64,000 nucleotides of DNA from Eledone cirrhosa (lineage: Eukaryota). The stretch is from contig OZ024742.1 of the NCBI GenBank assembly GCA_964016885.1, positions 241,118,001-241,182,000 on the forward strand, read 5' to 3'. The position numbers and the translations under genes were made by a program. This document shows positions 45,943 through 62,015 of the stretch, piece after piece; the first letter of the stretch is position 1, and every line of letters starts with the position of its first letter. The notes beneath the pieces were generated by a model. The model was not told the origin of the DNA. It saw only the letters and a program-made list of their open reading frames with translations, and made no database searches.

Positions 45943-46836
45943 CTAGCAGTGGTATCCGGCGTTGCACGGGATAAGGTATTTTGGAACGCGGGCCGCCGAC
46001 AGACCTAATCGTGGAAAAACTGCATGCGTGGACAATATGTAAAGAAAATAAACCGAATACTCTGATGGCTGGATAATCTTTAAGATTTTCCTCGATAAAG
46101 CATGAAATGGGGGCCCTAGGGGTTCAAGAAAATAATTTTTTTTATGTGCATAATATGCCTTGAAATTTTGGGAAAAGCGGCTAGATATAACGCCTCCAAA
46201 AAGCCCTGAAAAGCTGAAAAAATGAAATTTGTGACCTAATGCAGGCCCTACGCCATGAAAAAGTTGGATTTTCTTTGCTCACGGTATGAAGAAGAGACTG
46301 ACTAATACATAGTTATAATTTCAAGGAAATCGGTCTGACGTAACGCCTCAAATAACCCCTAAAAACCTGAAAAACGCAGTTTTTCACCTAGGAGATAAAA
46401 AAATGTAATTTATGTGCATAACACTCCCTGAAACTCAAGTAATACACATGTAAAGTTTGAAAAGAATCGGTTGGGTACTTCTCGAGTTTTACGGATTCAA
46501 ACACACACACACACACACACACAGACATACTCAGGGAAGTGACGTAATGCAGACAGCCAGACATACAGACAGATATTATAAGGGCACGACGTTATATGTA
46601 TGTATCTATCTAAAAAGAGAAAGACTAAGAATTATAGTGAGAGATCGTTAAATCGCCTAATGCGGTCCCTAGGGCATTGAACATTTGAGATTTCTTTTAG
46701 CTCAGAACACTCCCTTAAACATAAGTATTACATGTGTAAAGTTTGAAAACTGTCGGTTGGGTGGTTCTCGAGTTTTAGGGATTCAAACTCACACACACAC
46801 AGACAGACATCCTCAGTTTAATATATATATATGAGA
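45943..46836 (-). mobile_element. Non-autonomous Helitron-like element
   Basis: Minus strand starts TC(TCATATATAT..GATGTCTGTCTG) and ends with a GC hairpin (CCCGTGCAACGCCGG) then CTAG. It sits between host A and T. An internal block is duplicated at about 46445 and 46730. Confidence 0.7.
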
Positions 46837-47539
46837 TGAAAATGCAATAATAGATATGCTAACTTCTCTCTGTTAAATCTTATTCAATTGTTTAACCAAT
46901 CATATCACACCGAGTACGTATTGCAGACGGCTACATATTTTATCGGTGTTTATTCATTAAAAAGGCTTCGTTGCTGGATAAATCCAGACAAAGCACCAGA
47001 ATACCAGCTTTGTAAACTTAGACTCAGACCTAGACAAATTACACACACATACACCACGCACGGATACATACAGACACAAATACACACATACACACATATA
47101 CATACAAAAACATACAAACACGTATACACACACACACACACACATACATATATACATACATATATATACATATATATATATTTATATATATATATTTATA
47201 TATATATATATATATATTTATAAATATATATGTATACATATATATATATATGTATACATATATATATGTATACATATATATATATATTAATACATACATA
47301 ATAAATACATACATGATACATACATTCTTACATACACACATGCATACATTCATAATAAATACATACATGATACATACATATATACATATATACAAATATA
47401 TACACAATTAACACTTAACATTTAATATTCTACCATACTATTTCATTCTAATACCATTATACATTTTAAAGGAGTGTAAATAAAACGAGTAAATCAGACA
47501 AAGTTGGAATTCCTTTTATTAATACCTATACATATATAT

Positions 47540-47967
47540 AGTTAAAAGAATAGAGGTGTAACACACAAGTTATTATATATTGGTAAACGGAATAGAAAAT
47601 GCTGACAAATTGTTCACAGTTGAAAAATGGTTTAATTAGGAATAAAAGAGTATTAGTGATTGTATGGGTTAGTATTCAGTTGTGGTTTTAAGTTTTTAAG
47701 TTTTTACCGGTTGCGCATTTCTAAATGCTTTTCAAAAATAATTTTGAGATAGCGTGTCCGTGCTGTTTGCTCTGATCAGAGCAAACAGCACGGACACTCT
47801 ATCTCAAAATTATTTTTGAAAAGCATTTAGAAATGCGCAACCGGTAAAAACTTAAAAACTTAAAACCACAACTGAATACTAACCCATACAATCACTAATA
47901 ATCTTTTATTCCTAATTAAACCATTTTTCAACTGTGAACAATTTGTCAGCATTTTCTATTCCGTTTA

Positions 47968-47972
<5 letters not shown>
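47540..47972. mobile_element. (TA)n-flanked palindromic element (about 200-bp arms)
   Basis: Spacer-less centre TCTGATCAGA at about 47771-47780. Degenerate HHR TTGAAAA-GCATTT-AG-AAATGC-GCAAC-CG-GTA at 47816-47846. Confidence 0.85.
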
Positions 47973-48061
<89 letters not shown>

Positions 48062-48062
<1 letters not shown>

Positions 48063-48425
48063 GGAATGATTTAGTATCGAGAGAGAGAAAAAGGAAAGAT
48101 GGGCGATACATATTTTTAGTTGCCAATAGTTTGTGCAAATGTGCTCAATATTTGTGCCTACAGGGTTAAATATTAGAAACGTTAATATTTAGTGGGCGAG
48201 AAAAAATAAGCAGAGCGATTATAAAAGAAATGAATACAAGGAGTATAAACCGTTAAAACATATTTATATAACAATGCACCTACGTACGTTTCGCCCGGAG
48301 TGGGCTTATCAAGGGCATAGAAAATATATATATATTCGCCCTTGATAAGCCCACTCCGGGCGAAACGTAGGTAAGTGCATTGTTATATAAATATGTTTTA
48401 ACGTTTTATACTCCTTGTATTCATT

Positions 48426-48432
<7 letters not shown>
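48062..48432. mobile_element. (TA)n-flanked palindromic element with U3:A8 hammerhead
   Basis: Arms at about 48220-48432, centred near 48327, with a long left tail. Confidence 0.8.
48273..48318 (-). ncRNA. Minimal type I hammerhead ribozyme, U3:A8 core variant
   Basis: ATGCCC-TTGATAA-GCCC-ACTCC-GGGC-GAAAC-GTAC-GTA-GGTGCAT. All three stems form and the stem III loop is palindromic. A mirror copy at 48338-48380 is slightly mutated. Confidence 0.72.
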
Positions 48433-48464
<32 letters not shown>

Positions 48465-48470
<6 letters not shown>

Positions 48471-48852
48471 TATGTATACGTACATACATATATGTATACA
48501 GACGTACAGTAGTATGTATATATACATACATACATGCACACATATATATATGTACGTATGGATTCACCAAACATTTATTATAATGCTCGGTGTGTTTGTA
48601 AACAAACATCCCGTATTAAGACGTAGTGTCTAGCAACTACGTCTTAATACGGGATGTTTGTTTACAAACACTCCGAGCATTATAATAAATGTTTGGTGAA
48701 TCCATACGTACATATATATATGTGTGCATGTATGTATGTATATATACATACTACTGTACGTCTGTATACATATATGTATGTACGTATACATACTTATATT
48801 TAAGTAACAGCCGTACTAAGAGTGGGAATGAAATTTCGCTTCATTTTTTTCC

Positions 48853-48857
<5 letters not shown>
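48465..48857. mobile_element. (TA)n-flanked palindromic element, same family as the inner part of 27606-28441
   Basis: Arms centred near 48631; right tail TAACAGCCGTACTAAGAGTGGGAATGAAATTT..TTCCGTTTA. Confidence 0.85.
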
Positions 48858-48937
<80 letters not shown>

Positions 48938-49019
48938 TATATATATATAAAAGAAATAATATATTATATATATTATGGAATACTGTTGGCTTCTTGCTAC
49001 AATAATTTCTATACTATTC

Positions 49020-49073
<54 letters not shown>

Positions 49074-49500
49074 CCATGTATGTATGCATTTATGTATGCA
49101 TGTATGTATGCATGCATGTATGTATGCATACATACATGCATACATATATACACACATAGATACATAGTAAATAAAGGTCTGTATAGAAGAAGAAAATATT
49201 TCATACGGTATGGTATTGTGTGGTATAATACTTAGTAAAGAGAAATGTCTGTAAGCTCAGACTACGTCCAGCAATATGTCTTGATATTACTATTAGGCAT
49301 GAATTAGTACATAGAAATGGAAATGGAATCAAATGCAGCGCACAAAGTTTTCTTTGAAACGTACAGATAGACGGTGTAATGTATATAAAATATTTTGATA
49401 AAACAGACGTTCTATTCAGGATGTGTTATCAAAGAAAACAGGAATATATATCATTTATTAATGCAACCGAGGAAAGAATACTTATACACACACACACACA

Positions 49501-49536
<36 letters not shown>

Positions 49537-49632
49537 CAATCCCCACCCCACATATATAATGGGTCGTCAAGTAGGAAATTTGTGGAAATGTGTTTCTTTT
49601 CTACAGATTTCTACAAATTCTATACTTGGCGC

Positions 49633-50372
<740 letters not shown>

Positions 50373-50939
50373 ATAGAATTGAAAACCGATTACAGTGGAA
50401 GTATGAAAGTTTAAAAGTATAAATATCTGTTGGTACAGTTAATAAAACAAATAATTATTCCTTTTCTTTGATTAACAAGAAGATGCAAACGCTTGAACAC
50501 AGACAAACACACGCACACGTACACACACATATGCACACAGACACGCACACACACATATACACACACATACACACACATAAACATATATATGATATACGTA
50601 AATCCATATGCGTATAGTCTTAGTTTGCATCTATATATCCTTGTGTATGGATACCTACATAAACGCTCAAGGTTGCCTATACACACATACACAGACACAT
50701 ACACAGACACAGACACAGACACACAGACTCACAGACACATACACATACACAGACACAGACACAGACACAGACACAGACACAGACACACAGACTCACAGAC
50801 TCACACATATATTCATACAAAATAGGTTTAAATGGATCGATATAAAATCATCTCAATTTCGTTGTTCCATAATTTCTCTGATGAGATGCAACATTTAGAT
50901 GCAAAATGAGATGCTGAATTAAGTTTCAAAAATTGCAGG

Positions 50940-51972
50940 AGCTGGTGCAGTAATGCACCAAATCAGCCCGAGTGTCGTTGGCCGACGTCCTCGAATCTAA
51001 AACGCGAGGGCACTGGATTCTAATCAAGCCAATGATTGGGAGCGCCTCCCGAACTCTGGCGCTGACCGAGGTGGCCAGTCGACAGCAGCTTTTGTCAAGG
51101 CTAACGTTCTTCCTTTGGGCAAGCGCCCATTCCATGAGTGCCCAAGGACGCCATACTCTCAATCTTCCACCCTGAGGTCTACACAAGCGTTTACTCAACC
51201 ACGTAAACGCCAAACGAATCGAGGATGATGGCTCCGCCGAAGTCAGAGTGGCCGCCTTGGCGGACACCGTTGTCCACTCCACCGAGGAGGCCTTGGCTGC
51301 TCTTCTGCTCTTCGGATCAAGCATCCTGAGCCGCCCGCAAAGCTCAGACCCATACCTCCACCTGATCCTCACCTTCTCTATGTGGCATAATACACAGACA
51401 TCATGTCTACCATTAAGTCCTTTCATGCTAGCAGCAGCGGAGGTACTGATGGTATCCGACATGGCCACATCAAAGTGTTGCTATACGCCCTATGAGTGGA
51501 AGCCGGTCACCGCGTTTTGAGTGAAATTGTAGCACTCATCAACTAGTTCATCCATGGCGCCCTGGAGGTTTACGGCCGAGGCCTCTTCTTTCGGCCAACC
51601 TGACTGATATCAGGAGGAAAGAGTGTGGCATACGTCCTATCGCTGTGGGCAATGTCTTTCCAGAGGTTGACTGAGGAGATGGGAATATCCACCTTTACGT
51701 TTTTTTCGATTGTTTGTGTCCTGTGCGCACCCTATGTTGTGCAACCAGTAGCAAGGCTCCAGTTCAGGTGCTCAGGAGCTGTGGGGGAATGTAGAGCTAC
51801 CCCTTAGTTGTTATCACACCCACGTCTGCTCTGGCCTGGAGTATCTGTTAGGGCCCCATTTATTTGTTAAATAATTAACGTACTCGTGTGGTGTCTGTAA
51901 GGTATTATCAGCCATTGAAAAGAACCAGATCTCGAGAATTTAACCCGCCCTAGATAGATAGATAGATAGATA
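50940..51972 (+). pseudogene. Degenerate CRE-like (RLE-class) non-LTR RT fragment ending at (TAGA)n
   Basis: FHASSSGGTDGIRHGHIK (51421-51474, domain 0-like) and IRRKECGIRPIAVGNVF (51609-51659, RPIAVG motif). GC-richer island with frameshifts. Confidence 0.6.
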
Positions 51973-52299
51973 TGTGTGTGTATATGTGTGTGTGTTTATG
52001 ATAAGAAAAATAACATTCAAATATCCTGGGCTTTTCTCTTGAATGATTTACATCATTTCATCTAATCTAAACAATTCCATGTCGTGTTAATCTGCAACGA
52101 ATATCCAATAATTGTATACGCTATACTTAAATCATGCACACTCGATGTTCCGTGTAAGGACAGTGAGCAATTAAATATAAGAACTCACTGTAAACATGTG
52201 AAGATATATAGTGCAAATAAAAATACTAAATATACAAATGAATTCGGTTCTTAGAATATATAGATTTGTTCTGCGTATCTTCGGGTAAATATACACGTC

Positions 52300-52856
52300 C
52301 CTTTACGATCTGAGTTCAAATCCCGCCAAGGTTAACTTTGCCTTTCATCCTGACGAGGACGATAAAATAAAGTACCAGTAATGTACTGGGTAATTGCTGG
52401 CCTTGTGCCGAAAGTATAAACAATTATTATTGATACAGGATGGCAGTGAATTGGCAGTATCAGTAGAGAGTCAGACGCTATGCTTTGCAGCATAGAGTTA
52501 TGGTCTTTTGTGTTCTGAGTACAAATACCGCCGAGGTTAACTGTCTTTCACATTCTCCTCTTTCTTTCTTTGTATCCCTCCTTTTCCTGCGAACACTTCA
52601 TCTTTCTCTCATTTTAACTTTCACGGTATCTCCCTCTCTCAACTTTCCGGAATTAATCTAGTACAATTAGATATGGGGATTAATGGCTTATACGAGGTTA
52701 TTATGGAGCGTCTACAAATCCATCGTGAGTACAGCGTCTTCTCGCTGAGGTTATCATTGCCTTTCATCCTTACGGGATCGATAAAATAACGCATCAGTAA
52801 TGCCCTGGGTAATTGCTGGCCTTGTGCCAAAAGTAGAAACAATTATTATTGATACA
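52300..52856 (+). mobile_element. Two tandem Nin/Deu-like SINEs, the second interrupted
   Basis: Cores at 52340 and 52760. ATTATTATTGATACA is duplicated at about 52423 and 52842. An unrelated insert occupies about 52550-52742. Confidence 0.7.
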
Positions 52857-53340
52857 AGTGAGAAAAATATAAATTGTCATATTTCAAAGTCTTGACATGC
52901 TCAGAAGAATTAAAGACAGATTTGGAATTCAACATCCAAAACGCATTAAAAAAAGGCTAGTTCAATAGGAACTAACAAATATGGTTTCCTTTATTGACCA
53001 ATGGAATGGTTATATAAGTTATACCTCCCTCGTATCCGTCTCTACTTATACATCGCCCATCATCCCTTCTCACAAACATAAATGTTTTATCACTTTCCTG
53101 ATAAATACTTTTAGCTAAAGACCAGAAGCCACCCATACTCCCAATTAGATAAAACCTATATGAACAACATCCCACTCTACACAAACATATCGCTTCCTCT
53201 AATATCTCTCTCTCTCATTACCACCTGATTCTGTTACCCGGAGATTTACCCATCTGCATTGTTGAGGCTTCCAAAACGTCAATTTTTATTATTCCACAAT
53301 GCTTCAAGCAAACTTCAACGCTATCTTATATATATATATA

Positions 53341-53925
53341 TATAATATGTTGAGAAGGTGACACACCAGAGAGAGATATATAGTGCGTTATCAATAATAT
53401 TTTGCTCCTAATAACAGTCTTTCCTATCTCTGTTTGGTTGAGTGGCTTTGGGCTGCCCTTTCTAGCAGTTCGTCTCTCAGAGCCCACTGGTTCACTGCCC
53501 TTAAACACGCTGTGACTTCTCTCTCCCACGTGTAGCTGGACAGTCAATTGTAAAATTCTCTTAGTGTTGTCTGAAATGTATGGCCTTACACACGCTGATG
53601 AACCGAGACTAGACCATTTCTTTCAACAAATTTTTTGGTGAAACATATCTTTGGATTTCTACGTGTGTTATATAGTTATAAAGGTATTTATTTACGCTTT
53701 AATTTATATTTTTAATTATCGTGTCTATAGTCTGCCTTTCATAGGTTATAGATTCCATACACTGGTGGTTTTTTCCCTGTATTATTGATAACGCACTATA
53801 TATCTCTCTCTGGTGTGTTACCTTCTCAACATATTATATTTTAAAGGGCTCAGGATCTCTTCCCCTTTGAGAACATTATTTACAGGGAATAACGACGGCC
53901 TATGCCTCCGTTAATTTATCGTGAT
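53341..53925. mobile_element. (TA)n-flanked element with about 58-bp inverted repeats, internal hammerhead and 3' tail (pLTR-like)
   Basis: 53342-53399 mirrors 53780-53838. ACACACG-CTGATGA(53595)-ACCGAGA..TTTTGGT-GAAAC(53640)..TA-CGTGTGT; stem III is degenerate. Confidence 0.75.
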
Positions 53926-54423
53926 ATATATATATATAACGTACTGCCAGAGGTAACTCTTAGGGACATCTTTCTCTTTCACACCATCATTCGACAAGCA
54001 GTAAATAGCCTAACCGCCCCTGCTCATCCTACACCACGCTCTTCACTGCCTCGCCAGCATGGACGCGGGGTGGGGTGGAGTGTGGGACACCACAAGGGCC
54101 TTAGAAACGAAATAAAGGGAGATGCTGGGTCGATAATAAAATGCACTTAGCTCAAATTGGGAAGTGATAATGCTGGTTTCACGATAAATGCACCAGTCCA
54201 CACTGAAATTGTAGTAGCGCTGGTGTCATGGTTAAAAGCACCCATCCCCCATTTCAAGTAATATTGGTGGTGCCATGATAAAATGCACTTTGGACACACA
54301 TGGGAGATTGTGTTAACAAGGGTATCCAGTGGTATAAACCATGACAGATTGGAACGTATGAGTGGAACATTGACAGCTGACATGTCTGGCTTCAGAACGT
54401 AACAACGTGCTTAACCCATTCAT

Positions 54424-54541
<118 letters not shown>

Positions 54542-54548
54542 CATAAAT

Positions 54549-54578
<30 letters not shown>

Positions 54579-54579
<1 letters not shown>

Positions 54580-54713
54580 GGGAAAGAGTCAGGACACCGA
54601 CGGCTGAGCTCCGACCGTTTCGACTCTTTTCCTATTACTCACTCTACTACCGTAAGTATCGAGTACTCTGGTGCGTTATAGGTCATCTGGTCTCTTACCA
54701 CACTTTCTTTGTT
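54579..54713. mobile_element. Member of the 'TTTTCCTA' family in (TA)n
   Basis: GGGAAAGAGTC..GACTCTTTTCCTA inverted repeat; GAAACGG..CCGTC on the minus strand; same 80-nt tail as 30058-30136. Confidence 0.75.
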
Positions 54714-54733
54714 ATATATATATATATATACAT

Positions 54734-54787
<54 letters not shown>

Positions 54788-54821
54788 TTGTGTATGTATA
54801 TACATACATACCAATACACAT

Positions 54822-54881
<60 letters not shown>

Positions 54882-54915
54882 TTGTGTATGTATATACATA
54901 CATACCAATACACAT

Positions 54916-54953
<38 letters not shown>

Positions 54954-55401
54954 GTACATACGTATACTATTATGACAATATGGTGTTCAGAAATTGTTGC
55001 TGGGTAATTTAAATGCGGTAACTCATACCTCGTATTTTACCTACTCCCTTACTTATTTTAAACAATATTGTGATATGGAGAACATTAAGAAACAAAATAA
55101 ATAAATAAATAAATAAATAAATAAACGAACAAACATAATAAACTAAAATCTTTACATTTATTGCATGCTAGATAGATTATACTGAATATTCCAGAATATT
55201 ATCCTTGTCATATTTTTTTTCACTTTTATGATTTTCAATTTTCTCTCATTGAGTTATTTCTTAACAAAATTCTATGCAGAATATCGGAAGTAATTTATAT
55301 ATATTCTAACGTTATATTATTTCGTCTGATGTCATGACACCATTCGCTATTGCACACCACCAATGTTCATGTTGCTATTGTTGGAATCGAATTAGATTTG
55401 A

Positions 55402-56280
<879 letters not shown>

Positions 56281-56849
56281 ACGTATATATGTATTTAGGT
56301 ACGTATGTGGAAGCACGGTGGTAAAGAGTTTTATGAGGGAATGTCTTAATTCAAATCATAGAAAGCGAATCAAATAAAAATGAAACAAAACCTACTCTTT
56401 TATTTGAAATTGAGTCATTTTGTGTGTAATGACACATAATACAATCGGGGCTGTTGAATTGCAGGAACGTTAGCGTGCCTGACTAAATTTTCCTCATATA
56501 ATATATAGTTCAATTCTTCTACGTTTTTAGTTCAAATCCCTTTGTTGTCGGACTCAGCGTTTCTGCTAATTTCTTTCCCTGAAATCCGAGGTCTTGTACA
56601 AAAGTCAGAAATGATGATGATCATAATTGTTATTAATTTTCTCATAATTGTCTTATGGCATATAGTTCCCACCCTTTACTAAATAACGATATATTTAGAG
56701 CCGACTTGATCACCCACTCAGTCCACCAAAGCCCTTGTAATATTTTGGCATATGAACTAACATTACGGGAATTCTATAGTTTGAGCGGATATCCAATTGA
56801 ATGATTTCTATATTTGCTAACGACAACACCCGTATACACTAGGTGCTAA

Positions 56850-57130
56850 TGGCTAACGTCTTAAGCCAGAAGGCTCGTTAGGTTCGTGTTAATCCTGGTT
56901 TCAAGGCGTGTAGCGACTGAGAAATACAAAACTCCCCTCTGGAAGGGACGTCAGTCTATCGCAGGGCTAAACCCCCAGCTATTGCTGGTACTCTTTTTCA
57001 GCTGAATATACTGGAACAACGTGAAGTGAAGCGTTTTGCTCAAAAACACATCACGCAACCCAGCCCAGGAATCGAACGCAAGACATTATGATTGTAAGTC
57101 CAACACCTTTACAACTAGGTCATGCGCCTC
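56850..57130 (-). mobile_element. CORE-type tRNA SINE (diverged)
   Basis: Minus strand GTTCGATTCC B box, then TTTTGAGCAAAACGCTTCACTTCACGTTGTTCCAG..TCAGCTG; related to 1450-1758. Confidence 0.6.
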
Positions 57131-58199
57131 CACTCGTATGCACTAGGACAAATAAAAAATAAAAATCAATGCAGTCAGTGCTAAACTGAAGAAGAAATTG
57201 GTAATTAACCTCGTTAATATCAACGAGACTAAGCTGACTGGCCTGTAACTCGGCACCTGTGGTGGGCAGTAAACCCATGCCAGCCTGTGTATTTCGCTGG
57301 GCCGAGAAGTTAATTAAATTGATTGGCATTCTATTTAGAGCTCAAGATAAATAACAACTTGGAATAGTATGCAAGCAGAGTTAATAGGTATATGCTGAAA
57401 TTCAGCTATATATGAAGGGTCGATTGCAAGTGGTGAACATCTACATCGATATAATGGTGCCCTACCACTTGATCAACGGACCTTACCTTATACCACATGT
57501 GACTATTTCTGCAGATTTAGACAATCAATATCTACTTTGTCGTGGTTCACTTTGTTGTATTTATCCGTTTAATTATTTCACAGGTGTTTCGATAAAATAA
57601 AGCGCCAATAATACACTGGGGATCGATGTAATCGACTTTCGTCACCCCATCAAATTGCTGGCTTTGTGCCAAAAGTAAAAACAATTATTATTATTTTTAT
57701 TATTTTCTCGACAATTTTAACTACATCACCAGATGCACCTTCTTGTTTCTGAGGTGTGTACAGCCTTCTGTGATCTTATTTGTTGGAGTGAGTATAAACC
57801 TGTGTTAGAGCACTGCTTCAGTTTTGTTTCGTTAGTAGCTTGCTGATTCTTGTGTTATTTTAGTGTTTGTTCTGGTGTGTAGAGTATGTGTAATATGAGT
57901 TGTATTACTTTGAATATGTTTTCGTATGTTCTATGTCATCAGTGTTATGTGTCTCAGTGTCAGGTGGTGATTGTGCCGGGTATGTGCTGCGTGGATTGTC
58001 TAGCATTAATGCATTTCAGCTTTCGAGAAAGCTGGTTGTGTAAGTTATTTTTATCGCAGTATCGACTGTCGGTAATGTAGAGGAGTATTTTTGTGTTATA
58101 TTATTGAGTATTAATTAATCTCGTAGAGTATATGTTGTATTATTGGATATTAAGGGGTGAATTGGCAGTATCGGTATATGTTGTATTATTGGATATTAA

Positions 58200-58392
58200 G
58201 GCGGTGAATTGGCAGTATCGGTAGAGGGTCGGACGCCATGCTTTGACGCATAGAGTTACGGCCCTTGCTATTCTGAGTTCAAATCCCGCCGAGGTTAACT
58301 TTGCCTTTCATCCTTACGGGGTCGATAAAATAAAGTACCAGTAATGTACTGGGTAATCGCTGGCCTTGTGCCAAAAAGTAGAAACAATTATT
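58200..58392 (+). mobile_element. Full-length Nin/Deu-like SINE inserted in an approximately 34-bp minisatellite
   Basis: Complete head, core and tail; ATTATTGGATATTAA on both sides; partial duplication of the head at 58153-58173. Confidence 0.8.
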
Positions 58393-59001
58393 GGATATTA
58401 ATCTTGTAGAGCATATGTTTTATTATTGGATATTAATTTCGTAGTGTATATGTCATTTGGAGTCGGAAATAACGTGTAGGCAAGTAGCAGATCTCTCCAC
58501 AAGATTCACCAAATAAAATCAAATCATCAGGAGGTGAATCAATGAGGTCATTATACTTTTATACAAGAAAGATGACATTAAAAGTCTTTAAAACTACAGA
58601 ACCATCAACTAAATACCTTTTATAAACTATTCAGATACCTGCTTATGAATGACACCAATACTGTCTCAGACGTCGTCCATTAAACAAAGGAACAAGTAAA
58701 GATCAGAAGCGTCCAGGAGTTGAACAACCAACCTTTTATTTTTCATGAATCAAGTTATTCAGAACCATTAGGCACATAGACATACATTTTGTTTAGACTT
58801 TATTGATTGCGAGAAAACATTCGATGGTATTGAAATCTCAGCTGTGTTTGAAATTCTTAGTGATCAGGGAGCATATTAACTTATAAACAAATTATAAAGT
58901 CAACTTTTAACAAGTGAAAATCAGTTAGCTTGATCGCGGTTCTGACATTCCACGCGTATCGAGATTTATAATCAATAGAATAAAACTACACACACACATA
59001 C

Positions 59002-59107
<106 letters not shown>

Positions 59108-60046
59108 ATAATAGTTGCAGCTGCGATTAGCAGATTTCGAAATCAATCTTCTGAGGCTGACACGAAGCACTCAATGAGGTGATATCGATCAATCGATAAA
59201 TTATAGCTCAGAGTAATAACAATACGTTATTGATACTGGTGTGACCCAGTGAAAATTGAGACCGGAGAGATGTTGCCACATTGCCACTACAACAACGAAA
59301 ATACAAACTATATATATATTTGAAAAAAGGAAAAGAATGACTACACTTGTAGTTGGTATTCTAAAACAATTTAATTTTATGATTTTACAATTTTATAATT
59401 TTATAATTTGTCTATGTAGATCTAATAACTGCTTCGTTAACTTCGGTAGAATATTTTTCTCATTTAAATCCTGATTAACTTTCTAGAGAGCTTTCTTGCA
59501 TTCGTGTGTGTGTATGTGTGTGTGTTTGTGTGTGTGTGCGCGTGTGTGTGCATGTGTGTGTGTGTGTCTGAGTGTGTGTTTGTGTGAGGATGTAGATGTG
59601 CGACGTAAATTAAGTGTAATTAATTAAATAAAAGGCGGGACAAAGCAAAAATAATCAATTTTGATCTTGATCAACCGTTCGAAAAATTAGTCAGTTTTAG
59701 ATGTTAAAAGTGGGAAACATAATCCGCGAATAGTATCGTAGCGAATGAGCCAAAATAAATTAAAGACTATTCGGAAATTATGAAACAACATGGAAGAAGA
59801 GACAAAAATGTGTCAAACAAGATTGATGACTGTAGGGTAAAATAATCCTACAGTCACGAATAGTCGTTAGGCTACATAAAATCCAAAAGATTTTAGCCTG
59901 ATTTAAGATGTAAAATAAAATTAAATTAAAAGAATGCTCACTTGATTATCAAGTCATTGGGTGCGTAGGATCAATTTGGAACACTCACTTATATGTACGT
60001 ATATGCTTATACGCATACACACACACACGCATATACACATATACAC

Positions 60047-60099
<53 letters not shown>

Positions 60100-60114
60100 C
60101 ATAATAACACAAAC

Positions 60115-60146
<32 letters not shown>

Positions 60147-60629
60147 ATATATATGCGTGTGTGTGTGTATAACGCACCTATTATCGTTCCTAGTTATATA
60201 AATAAAGAAACCTATGAGTGTACATACATACATACATGCTCAGATGTGCGCACACACACACACAGACACACACAGACACACAGACACACCCACACACACA
60301 TACACATACATAGACACAGACATACACGTCTATACGCAAAGCACTTGCTTCTCATGCAAATATACACTAGCTTCAGCAAACGACGAACACATATACGCAT
60401 GCATACGTAGATGCACTAACACGTATATATGCGACAGCTATTCTAAAGCGTTACACCAGCTGTTGCCATTGTCCTATCGTTTTCTTGAATACAATATAAA
60501 AGTTCATTTTTTTTTGGCTCCCGAAAAAACAAATTTGTCCTTTACACGTTCTCCTTAATTCATGTCAAGAGTATTATCATTATTATATATTTTTTTTATT
60601 TGGTTGTTCTTACTCTTACTTTTGTTGTT

Positions 60630-60636
60630 AATGTTC

Positions 60637-60669
<33 letters not shown>

Positions 60670-60939
60670 TTGTTGTTGGTGTTGGTGTTGTTGTTGTAGT
60701 CGTTGTTGTTGTCGTTGTCGGTGTTGTTGTTGTTGTTGTTGGTGGTCGTGTTGGTGGTGTTGTTGTAGTCGTTGTTGTTGTTGTTGTTGTAGTCGTTGTT
60801 GTGGTGGTGCTGTTGTAGTCGTTGTTGTTGGTGTTGTTGTTGTTGTTGCTGTTCTTCTTCTTTTTCTCCTCCTCCTCTTCCTCCCACTCCCCTCCTCCTC
60901 CTCCTCCTCCTCCTCCTTCACCCCCACCTCTTTCTTCTT

Positions 60940-60980
<41 letters not shown>

Positions 60981-61370
60981 ACGGTGGTGTTATATAAAAC
61001 CCCCTTGCATGTTTTTAAGTAGTTTCTTTTTTCTAGTCGTTGTCAATGTCCTCATTGTCACTCTACACACAATCGTGTCTCTCTTCACAGCACCACCCTT
61101 CACTCTTAATATCTTCACTGCCACTCTACCCATCACTCTATCTATCCTTGCATTCGTATTTTGTTTATATTTCACTTCTTCCGGGTCTTCTTCTTCTTCT
61201 TCTTCTTCTTCTTCTTCTTCTTCTTCTTCTTCTTCTTCTTCTTCTTCTTCTTCTTCTTCTTCTTCTTCTTCTTCTTCTTCTTCTTCTTCTTCTTCTTCTT
61301 CTTCTTCTTCTTCTTCTTCTTCTTCTTCTTCTTCTTCTTCTTCTTCTTCTTCTTCTTCTTCTTCTTCTTC

Positions 61371-61415
<45 letters not shown>

Positions 61416-61490
61416 GTACTTCTTGTTGTTGTTCTTCTTCTTCTTGTTATTTATTATTGTTGTTGTTGTTATTATTATTATTATTATCAT
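60630..61490. repeat. Cluster of trinucleotide repeats (GTT)n, (CCT)n, (AGT)n, (TTC)n 61186-61371, (TTA)n
   Basis: Seen directly; these explain the homopolymeric ORFs in this interval. Confidence 0.92.
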
Positions 61491-61982
61491 TAATCTCAGC
61501 TACTTTGCACTTACGTATTCATCTCCTAGTCTGTTATTGTTGTCATTGTTATTGTTATTGTCATTATTGTTGTTTTTTGCTGCTGTTGTTGCTGTTGTTC
61601 GTGCTATTCATGCTGTAGTTCTGGTTCATGTTGTACTTTGTTATATTTGATGTATCTCATTTGTTTTGCTAAACCTTTTTCTCTCCATTCTTTTTTTAAA
61701 TACAGACCTAATAGTCCACCATTGAATAACAAAAGGAAAAAAGAAAATGGCGTACTTCCACTGTCCCGCCGATATATATCTATTTGAATTTCATTATGAG
61801 ATATTCATAATGCATGCATACACACACTTATATATCCATAATATGTATATATGTGTGTATGTTTGAATGTATGTATATACGTATGTATATAAGATATATT
61901 TATATATATGCATGTATGTATTTATGTATGTATATATGTATGTATGTATTTATATATGTATATAAATATATATATATGAGTG

Positions 61983-62015
<33 letters not shown>

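Noticed and set aside
53980-54420. SLPRQHGRG resembling the LPR..GGRG motif of some non-LTR RTs
   Set aside because: A single short, degenerate motif is insufficient.
58200-58290. tRNA-like A/B boxes as tRNA genes
   Set aside because: No cloverleaf; they are SINE heads followed by SINE cores.
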